A stretch of DNA of 64,000 nucleotides from the NCBI GenBank assembly GCA_028699255.1, contig JAQVUX010000001.1, positions 60,084 to 124,083 on the forward strand, read 5' to 3'. The translations under genes and the position numbers were made by a program. The notes beneath the pieces were generated by a model. That model was not told the DNA's origin. It worked only from the letters and a program-made list of their open reading frames with translations, and ran no database searches. This DNA is from Candidatus Omnitrophota bacterium. Lineage in GTDB: Bacteria; Omnitrophota; Gorgyraeia; 2-01-FULL-45-10. Of the stretch, positions 1 to 9,703 are shown piece by piece (the stretch's first letter is position 1; each line of letters starts with the position of its first letter).

Positions 1-2
1 CC

Positions 3-3000
3 ATGGCGATGAAAAACGGCATAAAGCCTATCATCGGCAGTGAAGTGTATATAGCCCCCGGTTCAAGATTCGAAAAATCTAGCCACGGCATTCATGATGC
101 CTCGTTCCACCTCCTTCTGCTCGCTAAGAATGAAACAGGGTATAAGAACCTTATGAAGCTTGTTTCGGCAGGTTTCCTCGAAGGTTTTTACTACCGCCCC
201 AGGATCGACAAAGAGATACTCGCCAAGCATAAGGACGGGCTTATCTGCATGAGCGCTTGTCTTAAAGGCGAGATACCGCACCTTATCCATACCAATCAGA
301 TAGAACAGGCCAGGAAAACGATAGACGAATATCGTTCACTTTTCGGTAAGGAAAATTTCTATCTTGAAATACAGGATAATCTCATACCCGAACAGGAAAA
401 AGTAAACAAAGAGCTTATTAAAATGGGTAAAGAGATGGGCGTAGGGCTCGTTGCCACAAACGATATCCATTATCTGGAAAAAGAGCACGCCAGGGCGCAT
501 GAGACACTCTTGTGCATTCAGACCCAGACGACTATGGACGACCCGAACAGGATGCGCCTGCAGACCGATGAGTTCTATTTCAAGACACGCGACCAGATGA
601 TGCGCAGTTTCGGGGGAGTGGCGCCCGAGGCTATTAAAAATACCATGGTTATTGCCGAGAAATGCAATCTTGAGCTTGATTTCAAGCATCACCACCTCCC
701 TAATTATAAAGTGCCGGAAGGTAAGACGAGAGAAGGGTATTTAAGGGAGCTCGTTTTCGAGGGTATAAAAAAAAGGTATCCCGTAGCCGAAAAGAGCGTT
801 TATGACCGGGTGGAGCACGAGCTGAAAGTTATCGAGAACTTTGGGTATCCGAGTTACTTTTTGATCGCATGGGATTTTGTGAACTACGCGAAGAATAGCG
901 GCATACCTGTGGGGCCGGGCAGAGGAAGCGCCGCCGGTAGCGTAGTAAGTTACGCGCTCGGGATAACGAGCATTGACCCTTTGAAGTATGATCTGCTTTT
1001 TGAGCGTTTTTTAAACCCCGAACGTATAAGCCTGCCCGATATAGATATCGATTTTTGCTATGTCAGGCGCGGCGAAGTCATAGATTACGTCGTAAAGAAA
1101 TATTCCAAGGATAACGTCGCACAGATAATAACGTTCGGCACCATGATGGCGAAAGCCGTCATCCGGGATACCGGCCGGGCGCTCGGGATGCCGTATGCCG
1201 ATGTCGATAGGATCGCCAAGCTCATACCAAACGACCTGAATATGACGCTTAACCACGCGCTCGAGCAGGAATCGGAGCTCCGGAATCTCTACAAGATGGA
1301 TTCGAAGATCGCCCAGCTTATCGATACTTCGCTTGTTCTTGAGGGACTTACCAGACACGCTTCGACACACGCCGCAGGTGTAGTTATAAGCGAGGAGCCG
1401 CTGGTGAATTACGCTCCTCTTTACAAGATACAGGAAGGGCAGATTACCACTGCGTATCCGGCGACCTCCCTCGAGAAGATAGGCCTTCTTAAAATGGATC
1501 TCCTGGGGCTTCGCACGCTTACGGTCATAAGCGAGGCGCTCAAGATAATTCGGCGCACAAAAGGCGTTGATCTCGATATCGACGCGATATCGCTCGAAGA
1601 CCCGAAGACGTATAAACTCCTGGCGAATGCGGAATCCGTCGGCGTTTTTCAGCTCGAATCATCCGGCATGCGAGACCTGCTCAAAAAACTTAAACCCGAG
1701 CGGTTCGAGGATATTATAGCGCTCCTCGCGTTATTCCGTCCGGGGCCGATCGGATCCGGCATGCTCGACGATTTTATGAAACGAAAACACGGCGAGGTAA
1801 AGATCCGTTATGACCACCCGCTCCTCGAGCCGATCTTGAAAGAGACTAACGGCGTTATCCTATACCAGGAGCAGGTTATGAGGGTCGCTTCGTCGCTGGC
1901 CGGATTTTCACTTGCTCAAGCCGACAATCTTCGCCGCGCAATGGCGAAGAAGGTGCCGGAAGTTATGACACAGATGCGGGAATTATTCATAGCCGGCGGC
2001 TCTAAGAACCGTATCGACCAGAAGACTTCGGGTAAGATATTCGACCAGATAGAATATTTCGCCGGGTACGGATTTAATAAATCGCACTCGGCCGCGTACG
2101 CGCTCGTAAGTTTCAGGACGGCATATCTTAAGGCAAATTTTCCTGTTGAATTCATGACTGCGCTTCTAACAAGCGAAAAAGATAACTTAGACAAGATCGC
2201 GCTGTATATAGGCGAAGCGCAGAAGATGGGGATAAAAATACTGCCGCCGGATGCAAATGAAAGCTATGCCAATTTTACGGTGGTGGGGGATTCCATACGA
2301 TTTGGGCTTTTAGCCATCAAAAACGTAGGCGAGGGCGCGATCGACTCTATAATAAAAATGAGGCAGAGTTCCGGCAAGTTCAAGTCGCTCTACGATTTTA
2401 CCGAAAAGGTCGATTCACGTCTTGTGAACCGTAAAGTCGTGGAGAGCCTGATCAAGTGCGGGGCGATGGATTCGTTTGGTTTCTACCGCTCTCAGCTTTC
2501 AGCGATGATAGATAAAGCGCTTGAGATTGCCGGCGGCATACAAAAGGACCGCGCAAACGGGCAACTCTCATTTTTCGACAAGTTTGAGGACCAGGATAAT
2601 TTTAAAAAAAGTTACCAGGAAGTGCCGAACATACCGGAATGGCCCGAGAACCAGCTCCTTGCGTTTGAAAAAGAATTGCTTGGATTTTATATAACGAACC
2701 ATCCGCTGGCGAGATTCGAGAAGATATTGAAGACGTACTCTACATGCCCTACGACAGAATTGAAGAGCTGTGCGGACGGCGCGGAAGTGCTGATAGGCGG
2801 CATTATATCTAAAGTTAAATTTACAGTTACGCGCAAGACGAATGAGAAGATGGCGATCGTTTCTCTCGAGGATTTGAATGGCACTGTGGAGGTATTGATA
2901 TTCCCGGCCACATTCCAGAAGGTGGCGAATCTTGTAAAACAGGACGCGATACTTTTTATAAAAGGGCGGCTTAGTTTGAGAGAGGACGCGCCGAAGATAG

Positions 3001-3284
3001 TGGCCAACGAGGTCGCTTCCCTGGAATCCGTTAAGATGAAGTATACTAAGGTGGTTAGCATAGACCTTTTGACCGCGGGATTGGAGGCAGGGGCTTTAGA
3101 AAAACTCAAAAAAGTACTCGGCAGATACCCTGGCGGCATACCCGTCTATCTTACATTCACCAAACCGGACGGAAAGCGTATGCGCATGAATGCCAATAAC
3201 ACCCTCGCGGTGGAACCGCACGAAGGTCTTGTGCGCGATATCGAAAAGATATTCGGCCGCGATGTGGTAACGTTCAGGACATAG
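3..3284 (+). CDS. dnaE: DNA polymerase III alpha subunit DnaE, 5'-truncated at the window edge (the PHP domain N-terminus is outside the window)
   Basis: The 1093-aa ORF carries PHP, polymerase core and OB-fold regions typical of DnaE (GxGRGSAAGS, FGTMMAK, PDIDIDF). The frame runs into the window edge at position 1. Confidence 0.9.
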   Translation: MAMKNGIKPIIGSEVYIAPGSRFEKSSHGIHDASFHLLLLAKNETGYKNLMKLVSAGFLEGFYYRPRIDKEILAKHKDGLICMSACLKGEIPHLIHTNQIEQARKTIDEYRSLFGKENFYLEIQDNLIPEQEKVNKELIKMGKEMGVGLVATNDIHYLEKEHARAHETLLCIQTQTTMDDPNRMRLQTDEFYFKTRDQMMRSFGGVAPEAIKNTMVIAEKCNLELDFKHHHLPNYKVPEGKTREGYLRELVFEGIKKRYPVAEKSVYDRVEHELKVIENFGYPSYFLIAWDFVNYAKNSGIPVGPGRGSAAGSVVSYALGITSIDPLKYDLLFERFLNPERISLPDIDIDFCYVRRGEVIDYVVKKYSKDNVAQIITFGTMMAKAVIRDTGRALGMPYADVDRIAKLIPNDLNMTLNHALEQESELRNLYKMDSKIAQLIDTSLVLEGLTRHASTHAAGVVISEEPLVNYAPLYKIQEGQITTAYPATSLEKIGLLKMDLLGLRTLTVISEALKIIRRTKGVDLDIDAISLEDPKTYKLLANAESVGVFQLESSGMRDLLKKLKPERFEDIIALLALFRPGPIGSGMLDDFMKRKHGEVKIRYDHPLLEPILKETNGVILYQEQVMRVASSLAGFSLAQADNLRRAMAKKVPEVMTQMRELFIAGGSKNRIDQKTSGKIFDQIEYFAGYGFNKSHSAAYALVSFRTAYLKANFPVEFMTALLTSEKDNLDKIALYIGEAQKMGIKILPPDANESYANFTVVGDSIRFGLLAIKNVGEGAIDSIIKMRQSSGKFKSLYDFTEKVDSRLVNRKVVESLIKCGAMDSFGFYRSQLSAMIDKALEIAGGIQKDRANGQLSFFDKFEDQDNFKKSYQEVPNIPEWPENQLLAFEKELLGFYITNHPLARFEKILKTYSTCPTTELKSCADGAEVLIGGIISKVKFTVTRKTNEKMAIVSLEDLNGTVEVLIFPATFQKVANLVKQDAILFIKGRLSLREDAPKIVANEVASLESVKMKYTKVVSIDLLTAGLEAGALEKLKKVLGRYPGGIPVYLTFTKPDGKRMRMNANNTLAVEPHEGLVRDIEKIFGRDVVTFRT

Positions 3285-3434
3285 GTTAAGCGAATACGTT
3301 CTCGCTTGACTTTTCTAATTACCGATGTTACAGTAACTCGTTACGATATAAAATGTTATGACCCTTCGACACGTCACACACTAAAAACAAAGCCTTGCTC
3401 AGGTTAATGGCGAGCGAGTGAAACGAGTCGAATC

Positions 3435-3857
3435 ATGAAGGATAAAAAGACCGAGGCTGATATAAGGACGATGAGGGACTTTCTCGAGTTCTGGGGCAAG
3501 TTCCATTCCATATATTCCGGCATCCTTGTGAAGGACATCATAACGAAAGAGGACGAGGATAAGTTTTTCGAAACGAAAGGCATGATACGTACCAAGTATG
3601 AGGAGCTGAAGGGCTCTTTGGAATATCGCTACATGCCGCATGGGCGCTTGACCGATCCTGTATGCGATCTTCTGTCGATGCAGACGATACGCTTTATCTC
3701 CGAAGATAACCTGAAGAGACTGAATAATGATTGGAAGGATTCTTACATATTCCTGAATAATATCTTTGAGCGGCTAAAGGCCAGGCGCCGCCGTTTCGAG
3801 GATTTTAACGCGTTGGGTGTTTTTTTTAAAAGGTTCAGGGAACGAAAAACGGTGTAA
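3435..3857 (+). CDS. hypothetical protein, 140 aa, acidic with a basic C-terminus; no recognisable domain
   Basis: An intact ORF lies between dnaE and hup in core-like composition. Its stop codon lies inside the first copy of the 56-bp tandem repeat. Confidence 0.45.
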   Translation: MKDKKTEADIRTMRDFLEFWGKFHSIYSGILVKDIITKEDEDKFFETKGMIRTKYEELKGSLEYRYMPHGRLTDPVCDLLSMQTIRFISEDNLKRLNNDWKDSYIFLNNIFERLKARRRRFEDFNALGVFFKRFRERKTV

Positions 3858-4007
3858 TTAATAGCCCCGCCGGGAGCGAAGATAAGGGCGGGGTGGGTTG
3901 TCAGACGGTGTAATTAATAGCCCCGCCGGGAGTGAAAATAAGGGCGGGGTGGGTTGTCAGACGGTGTAATTAATAGCCCCGCCGGGAGTGAAAATAAGGG
4001 CGGGGCG
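3850..4007. repeat. 56-bp direct tandem repeat, about 2.8 copies (3850-3905, 3906-3961, 3962-4007). Each copy holds an inverted repeat, CCCCGCC-N15-GGCGGGG.
   Basis: Read directly: cggtgtaattaatagccccgccgggagYgaaRataagggcggggtgggttgtcaga occurs three times in succession, with the third copy truncated. It sits between the ORF stop at 3857 and the hup start at 4043. Confidence 0.9.
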
Positions 4008-4042
4008 ATTGCATGAGTTAGATAACATCAATCGGAGGATTT

Positions 4043-4318
4043 ATGACAAAAAAAGACATTGTGATGAAGATAGCCGAAGAGACGGGATTAAAGCAGATAG
4101 ACGTGAAATTGGTAGTGCAGAAGACGCTCGATCATATCACGAATTCCGTTGCCGCGGGCAAGACGGTGGAATTGCGTAATTTTGGCGTGTTCAAAGTTAA
4201 AACGCGCAAGCCCAGGATCGGTAGAAATCCGAAGACCGGAGTTACGGTATCAATACCGGAACGCAAGGTTGTAACGTTTAAATCCGGCATGATAATGAAG
4301 GCGAGAGTTGTAAAATAA
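4043..4318 (+). CDS. hup: DNA-binding protein HU (HU/IHF family nucleoid-associated protein)
   Basis: The 91-aa product contains the HU signature RNFGVFKVKTRKPRIGRNPKTG and a DNA-binding arm. An SD-like GGAGG lies 7 nt upstream of the ATG. Confidence 0.92.
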   Translation: MTKKDIVMKIAEETGLKQIDVKLVVQKTLDHITNSVAAGKTVELRNFGVFKVKTRKPRIGRNPKTGVTVSIPERKVVTFKSGMIMKARVVK

Positions 4319-4320
4319 AA

Positions 4321-5610
4321 ATGGAATATAAACCGGTAAAAGGGACAGCAGATATACTACCACCGCCTGCGGGTAATTCGGAACTTCGCCGGGCCATGGA
4401 GTCGATTTCTCAAAATGTTTTCCAGAAATTCGGCTACCGCGAAATAAGGACGCCGGTGATGGAAGAGAAGTCCTTATTTGTAAAGTCCGTCGGAGAAGAG
4501 ACCGACATAGTTACCAAGGAAATGTTCTCTTTCAAAGACCGCGGTGACAGAGAAATAGTTTTACGCCCGGAAGGTACCGCTCCGATAGTCAGGGCGTACC
4601 TCGCGGCGAATCTTCATAAAACCGATACCTTTCAGAAGTTCTGTTATATAGGCCCGATGTTCAGGGCTGAAAGGCCGCAGGCCGGACGCATGCGGCAGTT
4701 CCATCAGATAGGCGCCGAGGCGATTGGCTCTATGAGTCCGGAAATAGATGCCGAAGTTATCAGATTATTGACCGCGCTTCTCGACGCGATGAGTATAAAA
4801 GGTTATAAGATTAAGATCAATAATTTAGGATGCAAAGAGGATAAAGCGCGCCTTTCGCAAACATTGCGGGGAATCCTTTCGAAAGATAAGAGCGCGCTGT
4901 GCGATGATTGTAAAAAACGCCTCGAGATAAATCCTTTGCGCGTCCTGGACTGCAAAGTCGAATCGTGCCGCGCCTTGGTAAGGGGCGTTTTTAAAGACGT
5001 TGAATTCATATGTCCAAAATGCGGCGAACATTTTAAAAAAGTTTTAGCATGCCTTAAAAGTTTAGGTATAGATTACGAACTGGATCCGTATATAGTGCGG
5101 GGGCTCGATTATTATACGCAGACCGTTTTCGAGGTTACGCATCCCGGTCTGGGAAGCCAGGATGCTTTGGGGGCTGGTGGCCGGTACGACAATCTGATAA
5201 GCGATATGGGCGGTCCCGAGCTCGGCGCGGCAGGGTTTGCGCTCGGAGTGGAGCGTATCCTGATGGTGGCCGGTAAACAGGGCGCGGATATGTCGCTTGG
5301 GCCGGTTGTCCGGGTTGTTTATGTTGCGACTATGGGGCCGGCGGCACAGGCAAAAGGTTTTGAGCTGATCGATTCCTTACGAAGCGGTGAATGGAAAAAC
5401 GTATCATTCAATATCGATTACGAGAACAAATCTCTCAAGGCTCAAATGAGAGAGGCCGATAAGATGAATGCGACGATGGTTTTTATTATAGGAGATGATG
5501 AGTTGACAAAAGGCGGCGCTACTGTAAAATACATGAAAGATAAGAACAAGCCGCAGGAACTTGTGCGGTTTGATGCGGTCGCTCAAAAGATACGGGAGAG
5601 TTTAAACTAA
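4321..5610 (+). CDS. hisS: histidyl-tRNA synthetase (class II aaRS)
   Basis: The 429-aa product has class II motifs (FRPEGT, RMRQFHQIGAE, GGRYDNL) and a C-terminal anticodon-binding domain. It is tightly coupled to the aspS gene that follows. Confidence 0.92.
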   Translation: MEYKPVKGTADILPPPAGNSELRRAMESISQNVFQKFGYREIRTPVMEEKSLFVKSVGEETDIVTKEMFSFKDRGDREIVLRPEGTAPIVRAYLAANLHKTDTFQKFCYIGPMFRAERPQAGRMRQFHQIGAEAIGSMSPEIDAEVIRLLTALLDAMSIKGYKIKINNLGCKEDKARLSQTLRGILSKDKSALCDDCKKRLEINPLRVLDCKVESCRALVRGVFKDVEFICPKCGEHFKKVLACLKSLGIDYELDPYIVRGLDYYTQTVFEVTHPGLGSQDALGAGGRYDNLISDMGGPELGAAGFALGVERILMVAGKQGADMSLGPVVRVVYVATMGPAAQAKGFELIDSLRSGEWKNVSFNIDYENKSLKAQMREADKMNATMVFIIGDDELTKGGATVKYMKDKNKPQELVRFDAVAQKIRESLN

Positions 5611-7376
5611 TGCTTCGCACGCATACCTGTGGTGAACTGAATGATAAGTCGGTCGGTAAAAATGTCGTGCTTTGCGGATGGGTGGCCAACCGCCGCGATC
5701 ACGGCAATATTATTTTTATAGATTTGCGGGACGGTTACGGATTGACACAAATTGTGTTTAATCCACAGGCGACGGTTGAGGTCCACGGGATAGCCGAAGA
5801 GCTCAGGGCCGAATTTGTGGTGAGGATCGAGGGGCCGGTTGCTTTGCGTCCCGCCGGGACCGAGAATCCGAAGCTAAAGACTGGCCTCATCGAGGTTCAC
5901 GCCGAGAAAGTCAGTATACTGAATAAGGCTGACACTCCGCCGTTCGAAATAAACGACAATATATCCGTTACCGAAGAGACGAGGTTGAAATACAGGTACC
6001 TTGATTTGAGGCGAGGTACGATGCAGAAAAGTATGCGACTGCGCCACAAAGTATGCAAGGTCGCGCGGGATTATTTCGACGAAAAGGGTTTTGTGGAAGT
6101 GGAGACGCCGATACTCACCAAATCGACGCCTGAAGGCGCGAGAGACTACCTGGTACCGTCCAGAGTAAATCACGGGATGTTTTACGCGCTTCCGCAGTCT
6201 CCGCAATTATTTAAACAGATATTAATGATATCGTCTTTCGACAGGTATTTTCAGATAGCGAAATGCTTCCGCGATGAAGATCTCAGGGCGGACAGACAGC
6301 CGGAGTTTACGCAATTCGACATCGAAATGTCATTCGTCACCGAGGAGGATATATACGCGCTCTCCGAAGGGCTGATGAAGGATATATTTAAAAAATCTAT
6401 CGGGTATGATCTAAGGGTGCCGTTCCCGAGATTAAAATATTCCGAGGCGATGGCGCGTTACGGATGCGACAAGCCCGATACGCGGTTTGCCCTCGAGTTG
6501 GCCGAAATAAACGGTCTGGTTGCCGACAGCCAGTTTAAAATATTCCAGGATGTCCTAAAAAAGGGCGGACGAATAATCGCCATAAACGCGAAAGGCTGTG
6601 GTGGATATTCACGCGGAGAGATCGACCAGCTGGTGGAGTTTGTAAAGGAGTACGGCGCGAAGGGGCTTGCCAATTTTAAGTGTGAGGGCGATCTTCTTGT
6701 ATCCCCCATAGCCAAATTTTTCACAAAAGAAGAACTCTCTTCGATAAAATCCCGCCTCGCGGCAGTCGACGCCGACATGATCTTTATGGTCGCCGATAAA
6801 GAGAGGGTTGCGTATGAGGCGATGGCCGCATTGCGCAAACATCTCGGTAAGAAGCTTGGCCTGATCGATGAGAAACGGTTCGATTTTCTGTGGATTACCG
6901 ATTTCCCGTTATTTAAATATAACGACGAAGAAAAACGGTGGGAGTCCGAGCACCACCCGTTCACGTCCGTCCATCCCGACGATATCAAGCTTCTTGAGAC
7001 CGGCAAAGACCTGGACAAAGTCCGCTCTAGGTCTTACGACCTTGTGATAAACGGCACCGAGATTGGTTCGGGTAGTATAAGGATACATGAGCGTAAGATG
7101 CAGGAGCTTATATTTAAAACTATAGGTATAAGCGATGAACAGGCGCGTCTGAGGTTTGGCTTTTTGCTCGACGCATTCCGGTACGGCGCGCCTCCGCACG
7201 GCGGCGTTGCCTTCGGGCTCGACCGGCTCATGACCTTCCTGACCGGTTGCGATTCGATACGGGATGTTATCGCGTTTCCTAAAACGCAGAAGGCGTTTTG
7301 CCCGATGACGAGCGCTCCGTCCGATGTCGAGACAAAGCAGTTAGACGAATTGGGAATAAAGATAAAGGCAGAATAA
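5610..7376 (+). CDS. aspS: aspartyl-tRNA synthetase
   Basis: The 588-aa product has an N-terminal OB-fold anticodon-binding domain, the FYALPQSPQLFKQ and QFTQFDIEMSF motifs, and GAPPHGG at the C-terminus. The hisS-aspS pairing is conserved in many genomes. Confidence 0.93.
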   Translation: MLRTHTCGELNDKSVGKNVVLCGWVANRRDHGNIIFIDLRDGYGLTQIVFNPQATVEVHGIAEELRAEFVVRIEGPVALRPAGTENPKLKTGLIEVHAEKVSILNKADTPPFEINDNISVTEETRLKYRYLDLRRGTMQKSMRLRHKVCKVARDYFDEKGFVEVETPILTKSTPEGARDYLVPSRVNHGMFYALPQSPQLFKQILMISSFDRYFQIAKCFRDEDLRADRQPEFTQFDIEMSFVTEEDIYALSEGLMKDIFKKSIGYDLRVPFPRLKYSEAMARYGCDKPDTRFALELAEINGLVADSQFKIFQDVLKKGGRIIAINAKGCGGYSRGEIDQLVEFVKEYGAKGLANFKCEGDLLVSPIAKFFTKEELSSIKSRLAAVDADMIFMVADKERVAYEAMAALRKHLGKKLGLIDEKRFDFLWITDFPLFKYNDEEKRWESEHHPFTSVHPDDIKLLETGKDLDKVRSRSYDLVINGTEIGSGSIRIHERKMQELIFKTIGISDEQARLRFGFLLDAFRYGAPPHGGVAFGLDRLMTFLTGCDSIRDVIAFPKTQKAFCPMTSAPSDVETKQLDELGIKIKAE

Positions 7377-7392
7377 AAACAGGGGAGGGTGT

Positions 7393-7680
7393 ATGAGGAT
7401 AGGCTACGGAATATTGGTTGCGTGTACCGCCATGGCGCTCGTCGGGTGCGAATCGATAAGCAAGCCATATGTGATGACCGTCGATCGCGCGGATCAAAAA
7501 GTAAGCGGCAACAGGGGTTATATTAAAGGAACTCCGCCACCGTCAGAAGATAGAACCGGCTTAACGAGACCACTTATAGCGGTCGACATGGATCTGATCA
7601 GCATACAGGGAAAAGCGACGAAACCAACCACTATTATTACTAAGAAGACCGCCACTGCGGCAGAAGAGCAGACGAAGTAG
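7393..7680 (+). CDS. small putative lipoprotein (95 aa)
   Basis: The N-terminal signal peptide carries a lipobox, LVGC. There is no other recognisable domain. Confidence 0.45.
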   Translation: MRIGYGILVACTAMALVGCESISKPYVMTVDRADQKVSGNRGYIKGTPPPSEDRTGLTRPLIAVDMDLISIQGKATKPTTIITKKTATAAEEQTK

Positions 7681-7681
7681 G

Positions 7682-8146
7682 GTGGGAAAAGTACGCGTAA
7701 TAAATCTCCACGTTTCTTACCGCGTAAATGAGCGTCTCGTAAAAAAGATAGCGGCGCATATTTTAAAACTTTGCGGCGCTCGCGGCAGGATGGAGATAGA
7801 TCTGGTTTTTTTATCCAACAAACAAATTCGCCCGCTCAATAAGAAGTATAAAGGCGAAGACTCTTCGACGGATGTATTGAGTTTTGAATTGGGTGAAGAG
7901 GCGCCGGGAACCAGGCGCCTGGGCGAGATAATAGTATCTATCGATAAGGCCAGGAAAAATTCCGAAATATACGGTAACGATATTAAAAAAGAATTCGTAC
8001 TGTATGTCATACATGGCATTCTCCATTTGACAGGTTACGATGATCTATCCGCGAAGCAGAGATCCCGGATGGAGGCGCGACAGGAAGAGGTGCTGGATAT
8101 CATATGCAAGAGAGAAGACTTGTCGAAAGTTTTAACGCCGCGGTAG
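7682..8146 (+). CDS. ybeY: rRNA maturation endoribonuclease YbeY
   Basis: The zinc-binding motif HGILHLTGYDD and the TDVLSF box are present in a 154-aa product. The start codon is GTG. The 3' end overlaps the dgkA start by about 40 nt. Confidence 0.88.
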   Translation: MGKVRVINLHVSYRVNERLVKKIAAHILKLCGARGRMEIDLVFLSNKQIRPLNKKYKGEDSSTDVLSFELGEEAPGTRRLGEIIVSIDKARKNSEIYGNDIKKEFVLYVIHGILHLTGYDDLSAKQRSRMEARQEEVLDIICKREDLSKVLTPR

Positions 8147-8802
8147 AGGGGTTCGTATACGTTCTGAAGACGGAACGTAATATGCGCATCCATTTTTTGA
8201 CGGCCCTCTTTTTTATATTATTAGGTATCTATCTTAATTTTACCTACCTTGAGCTTTTAGCGCTCTGCATTACTATTACGCTCGTTCTTGCCGCCGAAAT
8301 GCTTAATACCGCCATAGAACTTACCGTCGATCTGGTAAAAAGCGAATTTCATCCGATAGCGAGAGTGATCAAGGATGTGTCTGCCGGGGCAGTGCTATTA
8401 ACTTCCGTAAACGCCGCAATAGTGGGGTATATGCTTTTTTTGAGCAAACTTCCCTTTAATGTCAGCGCGGCGATGGAAAACGTGCGCCGGTCGCCATGGC
8501 ACATAACGTTTATAACGCTCATACTGGTGTTTGGGTCTGTTGTTATCGGGAAAATGTTGTCTCGTAAAGGCACGCCGCTTCGAGGCGGTATGCCGTCGGG
8601 GCACGCGGCCATAGCGTTCTCGATATGGACGATAATAATGTTCCTCGCCGATAATTCGATAGTCATAGTCCTCTCGTTCCTCATGGCGCTCCTGATAGCC
8701 AGGCACAGGATAAAAGATTCCATCCATACGATATGGGAAGTGGTTGCCGGTAGTATCCTTGGAGCTCTCCTTACTATTCTTGTATTCCAGGTGTTTCGAT
8801 AA
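8104..8802 (+). CDS. dgkA: bifunctional-looking membrane protein: N-terminal diacylglycerol/undecaprenol kinase (DgkA) fused to a C-terminal PAP2-type lipid phosphatase-like domain
   Basis: Residues 1-115 match DgkA (amphipathic helix plus 3 TM; AAEMLNTAIE). Residues 130-232 carry PAP2 motifs (RKGTPLRGG, PSGH, ARHRIKDSIH). The product is 232 aa, about twice the size of a stand-alone DgkA. Confidence 0.75.
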   Translation: MQERRLVESFNAAVEGFVYVLKTERNMRIHFLTALFFILLGIYLNFTYLELLALCITITLVLAAEMLNTAIELTVDLVKSEFHPIARVIKDVSAGAVLLTSVNAAIVGYMLFLSKLPFNVSAAMENVRRSPWHITFITLILVFGSVVIGKMLSRKGTPLRGGMPSGHAAIAFSIWTIIMFLADNSIVIVLSFLMALLIARHRIKDSIHTIWEVVAGSILGALLTILVFQVFR

Positions 8803-8846
8803 ACTAAGCCAACAGCGCTGATAGTTAAAAACTGAAAGCTTTTATA

Positions 8847-9602
8847 ATGGCCATCCAGAAGACCGAAGGTATACTTTTAAGGCGGCAAGACCTTCGCGAG
8901 ACAAGTCTTATACTCACTTTCTATACCCGCGATTTCGGCAAAATAAAAGGTATAGTCAGAGGTGTCAGGGGCTCTCGTCCGGGCACTATCGGTGGAGCAA
9001 GTATGGAGATATTTGCGCTCGATGACATAGTTTTCTACGAGCGCCGTAAGAGCGACATATTTACCATATCGCAATGTGACCTCCTCGATTTTTTCGCGCC
9101 CGTGCGGGAATCTTTAGAGAAGACGGCGTATGCGGCATATCTTATCGAACTTATTGATTCCATAACGGCTCTCGGGGACAAGAGCGCTGAGGCGTTCGAA
9201 CTTCTACTTAATAGTCTGCGGCTCCTGGGTGGTGATGTCAGCACGAAAAGGGTCGTCAGGATATTCGAGATAAAATTACTCAATATACTGGGGCTTATGC
9301 CGACTCTGAGTTCTTGTACCGCGTGCGGTGGGGAAGTGGATAGCGTCGCGCGGTTCAGTTTGCGTAACGGCGGGCTCATCTGTAAGAAGTGCTTGTCCTC
9401 GGATCGTGATGCGCGGCCGATCCTCCAGGGGACGGTGAAATTTATTGAGCATATACGCGCGCTTCCGTTCGAGCGCGTTGCGCGGATAAAAGTTACCTCG
9501 GAGGTGGGTCACGAACTCGAGCGCACCCTGCGCAGGTTCCTCGATTATCATATCGAGCGCCGCCTCAAGACGGTAGAATTTTTAAAAGTTATCGATAGAT
9601 AA
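8847..9602 (+). CDS. recO: DNA repair protein RecO
   Basis: The 251-aa product has an N-terminal OB-fold (ILLRRQDLRETSLILTFYTRDFGKIKG) and a C4 zinc finger (CTACG...CKKC). The ybeY-dgkA-recO order mirrors Firmicutes synteny. Confidence 0.88.
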   Translation: MAIQKTEGILLRRQDLRETSLILTFYTRDFGKIKGIVRGVRGSRPGTIGGASMEIFALDDIVFYERRKSDIFTISQCDLLDFFAPVRESLEKTAYAAYLIELIDSITALGDKSAEAFELLLNSLRLLGGDVSTKRVVRIFEIKLLNILGLMPTLSSCTACGGEVDSVARFSLRNGGLICKKCLSSDRDARPILQGTVKFIEHIRALPFERVARIKVTSEVGHELERTLRRFLDYHIERRLKTVEFLKVIDR

Positions 9603-9703
9603 AAGTTTTTGCGCTGTGGAGGCATGTGTCTACCTGAAAAATTCCTTGATTTGTTTAACGGCGCGTGTTAAGATATCGGCAATTCGGAGTTATAAATAAA
9701 ATT

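Noticed and set aside
63-3139. Minus-strand ORFs of 75-150 aa within dnaE, and analogous short antisense ORFs within hisS, aspS, glyQS, ppdK, the sigma factor and others
   Set aside because: They are embedded in high-confidence conserved genes on the opposite strand. They have no independent signals.
3850-4007. Possible CRISPR array
   Set aside because: The repeats are directly abutting 56-bp units with no unique spacers between them, and there are only about 3 copies. This is a tandem repeat, not repeat-spacer architecture, and there are no cas genes in the window.
9603-9703. T-box riboswitch leader upstream of the glycyl-tRNA synthetase gene
   Set aside because: The intergenic region is only about 100 nt, and I could not find the conserved T-box sequence (AATTAGGGTGGNACCGCG-like) or a specifier-loop/antiterminator arrangement. 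A plain promoter is more likely.
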